Below are positions 1 to 8,237 of a DNA stretch of 40,092 nucleotides, one piece after another; the stretch's first letter is position 1; each line of letters begins with the position of its first letter. Origin of the DNA: a virus (Duplodnaviria > Caudoviricetes). Location: IMG/VR virus record IMGVR_UViG_3300049731_000177, positions 1-40,092 of that record; one strand, 5' to 3'. The notes under the pieces are model-generated. The model ran no database searches. It was not told the DNA's origin and saw only the letters and a program-made list of their open reading frames with translations. Both the position numbers and the translations under genes were made by a program.

Positions 1-29
1 GTCCCGGCCGGTTCGCGCATTTTTTCACA
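1..29. repeat. Terminal direct repeat (29 bp), identical to 40064-40092; circular assembly overlap
   Basis: gtcccggccggttcgcgcattttttcaca occurs at both ends. Joining the ends places HNH directly upstream of terS, as in cos phages. Confidence 0.95.
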
Positions 30-414
30 CCTCCCCCCCCTCCCGATGCGTAGCCATGCGTTTCAGCATAGCGGCGACCATCGGCGACGGCCTTGGCCTG
101 ATGTTGGCGACAGCGATGGCCCTGGCGTTGCTCGCCTGCTGCCATGGATGGGCAGGATCGAGCGGCTGGCCCTGCGCATCGCATACGCCAGCGACCGATC
201 CGCGCTCGTAAGCGACAGTGATGCGGTTGTGACAGCCATGGCAAAGGGATTGCAGGTTGGTGGGATCCAGCCTGCGCCACGGTGCTACCCGTATCGGCAT
301 CACATGGTCGACATGCTCGGCCTTGCCACCGCACACCACGCAGTTCGGCTGCCGCACCAAATGACGCAACGCCAGTCGTTCCCATTTGTGATCGTAGATC
401 TTCCTGTGTTTCAT
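25..414 (-). CDS. HNH endonuclease (terminase-associated, HK97 gp74-like)
   Basis: CVVC...EHVDHVMP...DPTNLQSLCHGCHN HNH/Zn motifs. ATG at 414 overlaps the upstream stop (TGATG). Adjacent to terS across the junction. Confidence 0.9.
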   Translation of the reverse strand: MKHRKIYDHKWERLALRHLVRQPNCVVCGGKAEHVDHVMPIRVAPWRRLDPTNLQSLCHGCHNRITVAYERGSVAGVCDAQGQPLDPAHPWQQASNARAIAVANIRPRPSPMVAAMLKRMATHREGGEV

Positions 415-509
415 CACAGCCATCCCATCAGCAACAGCGCCACGATCATGAACACCAGGAACAGCCCGACCCAGGCGCCGATCCAGAAACTGCCGTTGCC
501 GTCCGCCAT
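414..509 (-). CDS. 31-aa single-TM microprotein (holin or lysis-accessory candidate)
   Basis: Not in the ORF track. MADGNGSFWIGAWVGLFLVFMIVALLLMGWL; TGATG-coupled to both the endolysin stop and the HNH start. Confidence 0.65.
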   Translation of the reverse strand: MADGNGSFWIGAWVGLFLVFMIVALLLMGWL

Positions 510-1261
510 CAGCCGGCCCTTGCCAGGATCACTTCGCCATCCAAGGTGATCGACACCTGCACATTCGGCGACGAGCGGGTAATTGCCACGTTCACCGTCT
601 CAAACCCCGGTTCTGGTTTGGGTACAGGTTCCTCAACGGCAGCACCCTGCAACGCAGCAAGGAAATGCTGGTGATATCCCTTGATGAGGTTGCCGATCGA
701 CACGCCGCCGCTCCATGACGGCACTGTCTTCTTGTCGCCGTTGATGATCTCCCTGGCCCCATAGGCATCGTCGGTGCTAGCGCTGAAGTAGCGCTGATAA
801 TTGTGCGGGCCTTTGGAGTCCTTGCGGAATGTGCCGCGGTCCATGCCTTCAAACATGATCGCCGCGGCCAGTTCCGGGACCAATGCCTGGGCAGCGCTCT
901 TGACCAGATCCACGGGAATGCTGGGAAACAACGGATCGATGATCGGCGTCATCATTTTGTAATTGTCTTTCCACGTCAGTTGCACAAATCCCCTGCCGTA
1001 ATAGGTTTCGCCGGTTTCCTTGTCCGGAACGCCGTAAGGCTGGCCCTTGCCCTTTCCGTACTCCTCGATCGGCTGCATCGTCGAGGCTGTCTCGTGGATC
1101 GTCGTGGCCAGCGAATAGGCAAGCCAGCGCACATCCCAGCCGGGATGGAGATCCTCCCACACATCGAGGATGAACTCCTGGCCGTCCACCTGCTGCTGGG
1201 TCATCTTGCCGTAGAACAGCGAATCCCGCACGCTGTCGAAATAGCTCTTGCGCTCAAACAT
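509..1261 (-). CDS. Glycoside hydrolase family 19 (chitinase-like) endolysin
   Basis: LAYSLATTIHET, YYGRGFVQLTWKDNY and AREIING motifs. Likely start is ATG 1261 (MFERKSYF), overlapping the upstream stop. Confidence 0.88.
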   Translation of the reverse strand: MFERKSYFDSVRDSLFYGKMTQQQVDGQEFILDVWEDLHPGWDVRWLAYSLATTIHETASTMQPIEEYGKGKGQPYGVPDKETGETYYGRGFVQLTWKDNYKMMTPIIDPLFPSIPVDLVKSAAQALVPELAAAIMFEGMDRGTFRKDSKGPHNYQRYFSASTDDAYGAREIINGDKKTVPSWSGGVSIGNLIKGYHQHFLAALQGAAVEEPVPKPEPGFETVNVAITRSSPNVQVSITLDGEVILARAG

Positions 1262-3189
1262 CACGCCGCCCATGACGACCCATCCCAATGCTTGACCGGC
1301 TTCTGCACCCAGGCCGAGCCGTTCCACACCTTCACCGGCTTTTCCACCCATGCCGTACCGCTCCAGACTCCGACGCCGGCCATGGCTGCGGTGGCGACAG
1401 AAACGGAGCCGCCAGCCGCCGTCACATGCTCGCCGGTGACCGCAATCGTTATCGCCTGCTTGGCCGTCACCGAGACATTGCCGACCGCGGTGGTCAGCAG
1501 ATTGGTGGTGACGGGAACGACGATAGCCTGGACGGTTGAAACCGTCACGTCGCCAAGTGAGACGGTCAGCGGCTGCCCGGTGACCTCGACAACCGCACCC
1601 GCACCGCCACCGCTTATGACAACGGTCGTGATGCCGCCGCCACTCGGACTCGCCGCATCGTCAATGGGTTCAGCCGCCAACGGTCCGGTCCGGCGAAGCG
1701 TGAATGCGCCGCCGCTGCCCAGATTGGTCGCAAAGGTTTCAGCTGGCCCACTGAACTTGACATTGACCCCCGACGGCCAATTGACTGGATCGACGGGTTT
1801 GCCCGCCGCATCGATGAACTTGCGGCGATTGCCCAGTGAGATCGTGCTGTCGGATTCGACGATGGTGCTGTCGACCCATAGACCGAAATCAGCCGCATCA
1901 AACCACGGACCGCCGCCGCAATCCAATGCGCTAAACTCTGGCGCAGGATTCAGATCGATAGCAAAGGCTGCGCCAGCCTCATCGAAATAGACTGTCGGAC
2001 TCAGCAATGTGTCGTTGATGTAAAGCGCTGTCCGTCTGGAACCGGCCGGGTAATTGACATCCCATGAAAAAAGGACATGAAACCACGTGTTTAGCGGTGC
2101 ATTCTCAAAAGCTTCGTCTCGATAATTCTCGCCTAACTCGTCGTACAATGAAAAAGAGATATCATTGTTAAAATCAACGGAACATCTGAGTCCGCCGCCG
2201 CCGAAAAGCGTCACGTACGGCGTCGATCCCGGCACCGTCAGGGTCGGTATGTTAAGCCATGCCGAAATAATGCCGACTGATGAACTCGTTGGACCAATGG
2301 TGCTATTTCGGCCCAGATAGTCACGAACCGGTATTCTGACGGCTCGTGCGTAATAATCGGTCGAGGGTCCGGACCCCACAACCGCACTTACAAATGGCGC
2401 GAATTCTATACTCGGCCTCGCTCCAATTCCGAGCGTCTCGTTGCCCAGCGAGGCAGTCAGCAGATTGGTGGTGACCGGGACAATGGCCCGGGTGACTTCC
2501 TTGAACGCCACATAGGCACTGGCATAGATGGCACTGACATATGTCGGATCTGATGCCGCGCCGGTGCCAGTTGAGATGAGGCTCTCGGCCCGGGCGCACA
2601 TCTCGCCGGTGGTGCCGGTCGTCGCCGAATTGCCATTGGCCCACGCCGTCCACGTCGATGTCGGCGTCAGGCTGGTATTGTTGCCTACCTGGACGGCAAG
2701 ACCGCGAATGCGCAGGCAGGCGATATTCGATGTCGTGACATTGAGCGAACCGGGATCGGCCCCGGTATTGTTGACCAGCGTTCCCGGCGCGCCCTCGATG
2801 GCGACCGCATTGCCGCCGCTGAGCGAAAAATGCCGAGCCGTCATGCCGCTGGCGTCAGAGGCTGCAGCATCCCCGAACGTCGCCGTGATGGTCGCACCGC
2901 TGGCGATCGCCGAGGTGACGACAGTGTACCAGATCGAACACGATGCGCCGCCCTGCGCCGCCACCGCATTGGCAATCTGGATGGCCTTCACCCAGGTATT
3001 GGCAGTACCGGAATTCTGGACTGACGTGACGGCCAGATCATCGCCGCCGCTGGCGCGGTTATCGTCGGCAACGACAACCACCACCAACTCGCCAACAGCC
3101 GCCGCCGCCGCCGTCGTCAGCGCAAGGCTGACCTGGTTATTGGCGGTCGAGCCGGTAGCGCCGAGCGAGCCAAGATCGGTGAAGGCCAT
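1261..3189 (-). CDS. Virion appendage/adhesin protein with central LamG/concanavalin-like domain and C-terminal triple WxGxxW repeat
   Basis: Thr/Ser/Ala-rich beta protein. ISAW...NTWFHVLFSWD...LYIND is LamG-like. Carries VT.xxLT.xxG.V.V repeats and ends VWSGTAWVEKPVKVWNGSAWVQKPVKHWDGSSW. Confidence 0.65.
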   Translation of the reverse strand: MAFTDLGSLGATGSTANNQVSLALTTAAAAAVGELVVVVVADDNRASGGDDLAVTSVQNSGTANTWVKAIQIANAVAAQGGASCSIWYTVVTSAIASGATITATFGDAAASDASGMTARHFSLSGGNAVAIEGAPGTLVNNTGADPGSLNVTTSNIACLRIRGLAVQVGNNTSLTPTSTWTAWANGNSATTGTTGEMCARAESLISTGTGAASDPTYVSAIYASAYVAFKEVTRAIVPVTTNLLTASLGNETLGIGARPSIEFAPFVSAVVGSGPSTDYYARAVRIPVRDYLGRNSTIGPTSSSVGIISAWLNIPTLTVPGSTPYVTLFGGGGLRCSVDFNNDISFSLYDELGENYRDEAFENAPLNTWFHVLFSWDVNYPAGSRRTALYINDTLLSPTVYFDEAGAAFAIDLNPAPEFSALDCGGGPWFDAADFGLWVDSTIVESDSTISLGNRRKFIDAAGKPVDPVNWPSGVNVKFSGPAETFATNLGSGGAFTLRRTGPLAAEPIDDAASPSGGGITTVVISGGGAGAVVEVTGQPLTVSLGDVTVSTVQAIVVPVTTNLLTTAVGNVSVTAKQAITIAVTGEHVTAAGGSVSVATAAMAGVGVWSGTAWVEKPVKVWNGSAWVQKPVKHWDGSSWAA

Positions 3190-3200
3190 TGTTCAGGAAC

Positions 3201-3635
3201 TCATATGATCCGGATGATGGCGTTGCTGCTGTCGGGCGTCGGGAACTGGATGGTGAAATCGCCCGCCGAGCTTGACTTGTCGGCGCCGAAATCCAGCACC
3301 ACCACCGCCCTGTTGCCGTTGGTCGAGTTGTAGATCAGCGCGCCGCGCGCATTGGCGATGGTCGAGGCCGCCCATGTCGCGTCGGCGAAATCGGTGATCG
3401 CAGTCGTGCCGCTCGGATTGGTCGGCGTAACATTGGTAAGATTGGTGCCGCCCGCCGAATAGGCGGTGCCGGTGACCTCGTTCGAGGAACTGTAAACCGT
3501 CGTTCCGGCGCCGAGCGTTGCGCTGCTCGTATACATCGCGACCTTGAAGACGTTGCCGGTGGTCAGCGTGAAGTTGTGCAGTCCCTGCATCAGCTCGACC
3601 TTGAAACTGGTGCAGACCGCTTGCGTTATGGCCAT
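3201..3635 (-). CDS. Conserved 144-aa virion protein, putative capsid-vertex spike base/decoration
   Basis: MAITQAVCTSFKVEL...FKVAMYTSSATL...ARGALIYN...DFGADKSS.AGDFTIQFP is a widespread phage structural family recognised by eye. The spike-base role is inference. Confidence 0.6.
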   Translation of the reverse strand: MAITQAVCTSFKVELMQGLHNFTLTTGNVFKVAMYTSSATLGAGTTVYSSSNEVTGTAYSAGGTNLTNVTPTNPSGTTAITDFADATWAASTIANARGALIYNSTNGNRAVVVLDFGADKSSSAGDFTIQFPTPDSSNAIIRII

Positions 3636-3638
3636 GGG

Positions 3639-3881
3639 TCATCCCTTTCCATTGATGAAATACGCACGGTCGGAAGCCTGCGCCCGTTTCAGCCCGTCGA
3701 GCACGATGGCCAGCATCTGCTCGCGATAGGCAAAAGCCTGGTCGCGAATCGGCTGCGGCGCCGTCTCAGCCACCAGGATCAATTTCGCCACGATGCGTTC
3801 GGCGAAATATTCCGGCGAATGGCCGCCGCCGCTGGTGGTGACGACATTCACCGAGCCGACGCTGATCGACGGGCCGCTCAT
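3639..3881 (-). CDS. Conserved 80-aa phage protein usually paired with the 144-aa gene
   Basis: True start is likely ATG 3881 (ATGA overlap with the collagen gene stop). [12 protein letters not shown]...[13 protein letters not shown] motif. Confidence 0.65.
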   Translation of the reverse strand: MSGPSISVGSVNVVTTSGGGHSPEYFAERIVAKLILVAETAPQPIRDQAFAYREQMLAIVLDGLKRAQASDRAYFINGKG

Positions 3882-5485
3882 GTCGTGTCGATCCAGATAT
3901 CGCCCACGCTGGGAGAGGTGGGCGCGGTCGAGGACACCGTGATCAGCGGAATTGCCTGCCATGCCAGGCTGCCGCGGGCATAAAGCTCGCCGTCGTTCGG
4001 GGCTTCCGGCACGCCGGGATCCGGCACCGGCGCCAGCGCCGAAAACAACACCCTTTGGCCATCCGAAAGCGCCGTGCCGCCCTCGCTCCAGGCTACCGGC
4101 ACCTGGACATAGCTGCCCATGTCGGTCGGCGCGCCGGTGATGTCGTACAGCTGCCAGCGGGTGCTGTCGTCCTTGTCCTGCACGTAGATTCGATCTGCGC
4201 CCTCGAGGAACAGGTTCAGGTAATTGGCGACATCCTTGCCCAGCGCCGTCGTTTCGCTGATCCACAAAAAAGTGGCGGCGGTCTGCGTGGCGTTGTTCAG
4301 CCTGACCTGGCCGCTGGCCGGCGGCGCCGTCGTGGTGTTGACATAGCTCCATTCGCCGATTGCCGTATTGATGCCCGGTTCGCCCTGCGGCCCCGCCGGG
4401 CCGGCCGGGCCGGCCGGCCCGACCCCGCCAGCCGAAATCGTGGTCTGGATGTGCGAGGCCGTCGTGGTGCCCTCGAAAGAAATGATCGGGTTCACCGTGG
4501 TGCCGCCCGACACCCGCTGCGCGTAAAGCTTGTTGACGATGCGGTCAGTTGTCGCCATGGCGCCGCCGGTCGGGTAGGTGACGACCCAGCTCATCAAGGT
4601 GGTCACATTGCCGGTGAAAGTCGGGCTGAACTCGTCGCGGAAAAGCGTTTCCACGCCGGCGGCGTTGCGGACGTAGATCTGCAGGTGCAGCCGCGCAACA
4701 TTCGATGCTGTGGCCATCCTGACGTAAAACCGCCGGTAGGTGGTGCCGGCCGGGAAGTCATCGGTGCCCGGTACGCCAGGATCGGAAATAAACGACTTGA
4801 CGAGGACGTCCGAGGTACCGGTGCAGGCAACGGTGATGTCATTCGATGCGCCGGTGCTCGGGCTGGTCAGTAGCTTGCCGTAGCCAGCGACGTCGGCGGC
4901 CTGCGACGGCGCGTAGTACAGGATGCGGCCCGCCGAAATGCCCTGCTCGCCTTGCGGTCCTTCCGGCCCGGCCGGACCAGGATCGCCCTGCGGACCGGGA
5001 ACGCCAGGACTGCCGGTCGCACCTGTCGCGCCAGCCGGTCCTTCCGGTCCTGCTGGCCCGGTTGCGCCGTCTGCTCCATCCGCACCGGCTGGCCCAGTTT
5101 CTCCTGGCTCGCCTTGCGGCCCTTCCGGCCCCATTGGACCCTCTGGCCCTTCCGGTCCAGGCGGCCCACCCGGATCACCCGCCGGCCCTTGTGGCCCTTC
5201 CGGACCCGCCGGCCCAGGTTCACCCTGCGGGCCAGCTGGACCCTCTGGGCCGGCGGGTCCAGGTGGTCCAGGTTCGCCGCTACCCTCGCCGCTGCCGGAA
5301 CCACCTCCACCACCGCCCATGGGCGGCACGTCGGTCAGCACCGGCTTGCCACGCACCAGAAGGCGGTGGCCGTCGAACACCAGGTCTTCGGTGCCGCCGA
5401 GCCGGGTGGAGGTTTCCCACAGCGCCAGCTGATCGGCCTGGCCGGAGCCGGACACCGCGCGGCGGAAGGGCGCAAGCTCGTTCAT
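3878..5485 (-). CDS. Collagen-like fibre protein with fibritin foldon-like motif
   Basis: Long G-X-Y block (~4940-5280) plus a short block (~4375-4425). [19 protein letters not shown] resembles the T4 fibritin foldon. Ends [18 protein letters not shown]. Confidence 0.85.
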   Translation of the reverse strand: MNELAPFRRAVSGSGQADQLALWETSTRLGGTEDLVFDGHRLLVRGKPVLTDVPPMGGGGGGSGSGEGSGEPGPPGPAGPEGPAGPQGEPGPAGPEGPQGPAGDPGGPPGPEGPEGPMGPEGPQGEPGETGPAGADGADGATGPAGPEGPAGATGATGSPGVPGPQGDPGPAGPEGPQGEQGISAGRILYYAPSQAADVAGYGKLLTSPSTGASNDITVACTGTSDVLVKSFISDPGVPGTDDFPAGTTYRRFYVRMATASNVARLHLQIYVRNAAGVETLFRDEFSPTFTGNVTTLMSWVVTYPTGGAMATTDRIVNKLYAQRVSGGTTVNPIISFEGTTTASHIQTTISAGGVGPAGPAGPAGPQGEPGINTAIGEWSYVNTTTAPPASGQVRLNNATQTAATFLWISETTALGKDVANYLNLFLEGADRIYVQDKDDSTRWQLYDITGAPTDMGSYVQVPVAWSEGGTALSDGQRVLFSALAPVPDPGVPEAPNDGELYARGSLAWQAIPLITVSSTAPTSPSVGDIWIDTT

Positions 5486-5772
5486 GCCGGCTCGTCCTCC
5501 TCCTCCTCGCCTTCGCCAGCGTCATCCTCAGACGCGCTGGCCGTTTCGATCTCCGATACCTTGGCAGTCAGCGTGGCGGCCACATCGGCCACCGACACGC
5601 CCGACTCCAGCGCTTCCTGCACCAATGCCGCTAGCTCGTCGGAAAAATCCGCGATGTCCATGGGTTTGCCCTCCATTGTGGTTGCAAGCCGGGATACTAC
5701 CACATCTGGTGGCCGGTTCGCTTCGCTGATATTGGTGCGCAAACCATCCGGAAGCCGGCGATAGGTCGTCAT
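5482..5772 (-). CDS. Small acidic hypothetical protein
   Basis: AGGAG RBS before ATG 5772. Acidic tail [19 protein letters not shown]-coupled to the collagen gene. Confidence 0.6.
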   Translation of the reverse strand: MTTYRRLPDGLRTNISEANRPPDVVVSRLATTMEGKPMDIADFSDELAALVQEALESGVSVADVAATLTAKVSEIETASASEDDAGEGEEEEDEPA

Positions 5773-5788
5773 GGGTTGCTTGCTCCTC

Positions 5789-5998
5789 CTAGTCGCATGA
5801 ATTCGCCCGTGAGCCATAGGACTGCCAGGAACCGTCCTCCAGCCGCTTCAGCGCCGAAAACCACGTCCCGTAGCCAAGCGGGTGGTAGCTCGCCTTGATG
5901 CGGCCGATCGCATCGTCGACGAACTCACGATCGCCGGTGATCGTGTAGTAGGTCATGGCGCCGGAACTCCTGGCGTCGACAGTGCCATGGGTGCTCAT
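5789..5998 (-). CDS. Hypothetical phage protein
   Basis: 69-aa ORF coupled to the upstream gene; YHPLGYGT...GSRANSCD motif. Confidence 0.6.
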   Translation of the reverse strand: MSTHGTVDARSSGAMTYYTITGDREFVDDAIGRIKASYHPLGYGTWFSALKRLEDGSWQSYGSRANSCD

Positions 5999-6207
5999 GA
6001 CTGTTTCCCGATCCGCTGCACCATGCCGCTGACCTCGGCGTCCTTGCGCCTGGTGTTGGCCAAGAGATCGGTGGTTTCGTTCAGCTCCGCATTGAGATGC
6101 TCGATTTCGGCAATCAGCCGCTCCAGAAGATCGAGCCGGATGGTGATCGGCGTTGCCCGTGCCGATTCCCGCTGTGCGGTCTTGGCTTCGTCCAGTGCGT
6201 TGCTCAT
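5995..6207 (-). CDS. Hypothetical coiled-coil protein
   Basis: 70 aa, GAGG RBS, heptad pattern. Confidence 0.6.
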   Translation of the reverse strand: MSNALDEAKTAQRESARATPITIRLDLLERLIAEIEHLNAELNETTDLLANTRRKDAEVSGMVQRIGKQS

Positions 6208-6211
6208 GGCC

Positions 6212-6310
6212 TCACCTCATGACAAACAACAGCGGCAAGACGCCAATAGCGATCAACAGCCACGGCTGCGCACCAAAACCGACCAGCAACCACCACGCCA
6301 GAGCGTCCAT
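6212..6310 (-). CDS. 32-aa hydrophobic microprotein
   Basis: Not in the ORF track. MDALAWWLLVGFGAQPWLLIAIGVLPLLFVMR; TAATG overlap with the upstream stop; fills the gap between neighbours. Confidence 0.55.
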   Translation of the reverse strand: MDALAWWLLVGFGAQPWLLIAIGVLPLLFVMR

Positions 6311-6513
6311 TACTCACCGCCTTTCAGGGCGTTGCGAGGCACCTCAAAGAACGGTTCTTTGCCGCCGTAACACACGGCAATTCCGTTCGGACCAATACAG
6401 CCGTAGGTGTCGCCCGCATACGGCTCGACCCTTGTTCCTGCCGGGATGTCAGCATCAAGCCAAGGGCACTCATCTGTTGTCACCGTCCGCGACAGTTTGA
6501 AGGTGCTCATCAT
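6310..6513 (-). CDS. Hypothetical phage protein
   Basis: 67 aa; VTTDECPWL...TYGCIGPNGIAV...PFFEVP motif; overlaps neighbours. Confidence 0.65.
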   Translation of the reverse strand: MMSTFKLSRTVTTDECPWLDADIPAGTRVEPYAGDTYGCIGPNGIAVCYGGKEPFFEVPRNALKGGE

Positions 6514-6707
6514 AGCTGCCCCTTCAGCATCTCAATGCCGCGCGCGATCATCGTCAGCTTGGCCTTCAGCGCGTCGATGTCCTGGGACACCGTGGTGCGC
6601 GGCGGCTGTGGCTCGCCATTGCCGGCCGGGTGCGGCGCGTGCTTGAGCTTGGCGCCGGGAAAGTCCTTCTCCAGCGCATCGCCGATCTGCTTTGCGATTT
6701 CGTCCAT
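6510..6707 (-). CDS. Hypothetical protein
   Basis: Likely start ATG 6707 (MDEIAKQ), just after the DUF1376 stop, with an AAGGA RBS. Confidence 0.55.
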   Translation of the reverse strand: MDEIAKQIGDALEKDFPGAKLKHAPHPAGNGEPQPPRTTVSQDIDALKAKLTMIARGIEMLKGQL

Positions 6708-6708
6708 G

Positions 6709-7230
6709 TCAGTGGTCCTTTCGGTTGAAGCTCTTGAGGAAAGCCGTCTGTCCACGCGGTCCAGTTGGCGGCAAATCCCAGTCGTTCGTTCGGCGTCTTG
6801 GCACCAAATCCTTTTCTTTATTTATTTCTTTTAATGGGTTGGGTTGGTCGCGCGCGCGCGAGTCGTCAAACAAGTCCTTGTTTTTGCTTGATCCGGACCC
6901 ATTTTTCTCGTGAATGTTTTTGTTATTTTTTTTCCAAAAAGGTCGTTCACAATTCCTGTCATAATTGAATAATTTCAATAATCGCTTCTGCGAGATCTCT
7001 CCGTCCTGAAAGATCAGCATTGGCCGCAGTCGCCGCTTGATAAGCGCCCATTTGTAACGGCTCACGCAGCACATCCTGGCCAGATCCTTGTCGTCTTCCG
7101 GTACCCAGCCATTGCGCCGCCACATCGCCATTAGCAGCAGCAGATAGACGCCATGCTCCTCGGCCGAGAGGTGCGTTGTGTCGGCCAGGTAGGCGTCTAC
7201 AAACAGCGGCATCGACGGATATTGGCTCAT
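6709..7230 (-). CDS. DUF1376/YdaU-like replication initiator
   Basis: PSMPLFVDAYLADTTHLSAEEHGVYLLLLMAMW...DDKDLAR...SQKRL. ATGA-coupled start at 7230. AT-rich interior. Confidence 0.85.
   Translation of the reverse strand: MSQYPSMPLFVDAYLADTTHLSAEEHGVYLLLLMAMWRRNGWVPEDDKDLARMCCVSRYKWALIKRRLRPMLIFQDGEISQKRLLKLFNYDRNCERPFWKKNNKNIHEKNGSGSSKNKDLFDDSRARDQPNPLKEINKEKDLVPRRRTNDWDLPPTGPRGQTAFLKSFNRKDH
6808..6982. other. Candidate replication origin (AT-rich tract inside the initiator gene)
   Basis: Long A/T runs (tttatttatttctttt, tttttgttattttttttcc) in an otherwise GC-rich genome. Lambdoid origins lie inside the initiator gene. Confidence 0.45.
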
Positions 7231-7631
7231 CCCGCCACCCTCACGGCGCCCCATGCGCGCAGAATCTGCACGGCGCCGTCAAAGCTGTTGCACCAGTTGG
7301 CTTTGCCGCCGGCTTCCTTCACCTGATGCAGAAACTCAAGCTGTTCAGGTGTTGGTTTAACACCGCCCCGCTTAAGCTCTAACGCATGCACGCAACCCAT
7401 TGGCGGCGCGATCAAAATGAAGTCGCTCACACCCGGCTTCACACCCATCCTCTTAAGCCGTGCGCCGGCCGCCCGATCGCGAAACTCACCGTTTGCGGGG
7501 TGGAAAAAAATCCAGCCCGGCGCCAAGGATAGCCGGAGCAGGTCGGCGACCATGCAATGCACCGGAAACTCCTTTGCCGGCGGCAACTTGCGCGGCTTTC
7601 TTCGGGTGAACAGGTGGAGCTGGTGGTTCAT
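7227..7631 (-). CDS. VRR-NUC / Holliday-junction resolvase-like nuclease
   Basis: FFHPANGE.R...LKRMGVKPGVSDF...ALELK...TPEQ.EF. Start ATG 7631. Confidence 0.85.
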   Translation of the reverse strand: MNHQLHLFTRRKPRKLPPAKEFPVHCMVADLLRLSLAPGWIFFHPANGEFRDRAAGARLKRMGVKPGVSDFILIAPPMGCVHALELKRGGVKPTPEQLEFLHQVKEAGGKANWCNSFDGAVQILRAWGAVRVAG

Positions 7632-7641
7632 GCCGAAACGC

Positions 7642-7785
7642 TCATCGCACGACCTTCCCGCAGTCGGCGCACATCCAGTGGACGGACTTCTCATCGTCCA
7701 TGATCTGCCCACCACAAGAGTGCAGCCAGCATTTGATGCCCCACCAGTTTCGCCAGTAACGCAGCCGTTCAACGATATCGCTCAC
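7642..7785 (-). CDS. 47-aa Zn-ribbon-like protein
   Basis: Not in the ORF track. GGGAGG RBS and GTGA overlap; MSDIVERLR...CWLHSC...CADCGK. Confidence 0.6.
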   Translation of the reverse strand: MSDIVERLRYWRNWWGIKCWLHSCGGQIMDDEKSVHWMCADCGKVVR

Positions 7786-8237
7786 AGTGTTGCCTCCCAT
7801 CTGAATTTCGGTTCACGGTAGATTTCCTTGTGGGAGCGTGGCCGGCTGGGACCATTCCACTGGTGCGGATATGTTTCACCCACACATTTCCAGCCAGCTC
7901 CGCGCAATGAAGCACCGCTCTCCTTCTGCAACGTATAGGTGACCATGCGTCGCCCACCCATCTGCTGCCAGATTCGCCAGCAGCGGCCGTAAAGTTTGGA
8001 ACATGCATTGCGCGGTGCTTCCGGCGAGACACATAGACGCAATACTTCGGCCGTGGTGCCGTCGTGCAGCATTCGCGACAACGGGTGGCCGACGATCGCC
8101 ACGCCGACGAGGTGTTCGCCTTCGATCAAACCAATGGCAAACTTGCCGCCATCGCGAGCCGTGCGTCCATTGTGCCGGTGATAATCGGACACGAAGTCAT
8201 TCGCCTGTCGCAGCGTGACCGGCACGATGACGCTCAT
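7782..8237 (-). CDS. XF1762-family, Mom-like GNAT-fold putative DNA-modification protein
   Basis: ANDFV..YHRH...VGVAIVGHP.SR...EVLRLC...NACSKLYG...VTYTL..ESGASLRGAGW. Start ATG 8237. Confidence 0.75.
   Translation of the reverse strand: MSVIVPVTLRQANDFVSDYHRHNGRTARDGGKFAIGLIEGEHLVGVAIVGHPLSRMLHDGTTAEVLRLCVSPEAPRNACSKLYGRCWRIWQQMGGRRMVTYTLQKESGASLRGAGWKCVGETYPHQWNGPSRPRSHKEIYREPKFRWEATL

Noticed and set aside
1-29. 29-bp terminal repeat as a biological DTR or att site
   Set aside because: An exact short overlap is typical of circular contig closure. The terminase type suggests cos ends, and the attP candidate lies elsewhere.
4940-5280. Periodic repeats as a CRISPR array or DGR template
   Set aside because: The periodicity is collagen G-X-Y coding. 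No repeat-spacer structure, reverse transcriptase or adenine-specific variant repeat pair was seen in the genome.
4923-5432. Plus-strand Gly/Pro repeat ORF and other long antisense ORFs (e.g. 803-1990, 22053-23888, 33844-35847, 36847-38265)
   Set aside because: These are antisense shadows of well-supported genes in GC-rich DNA, with no independent motifs or RBS.
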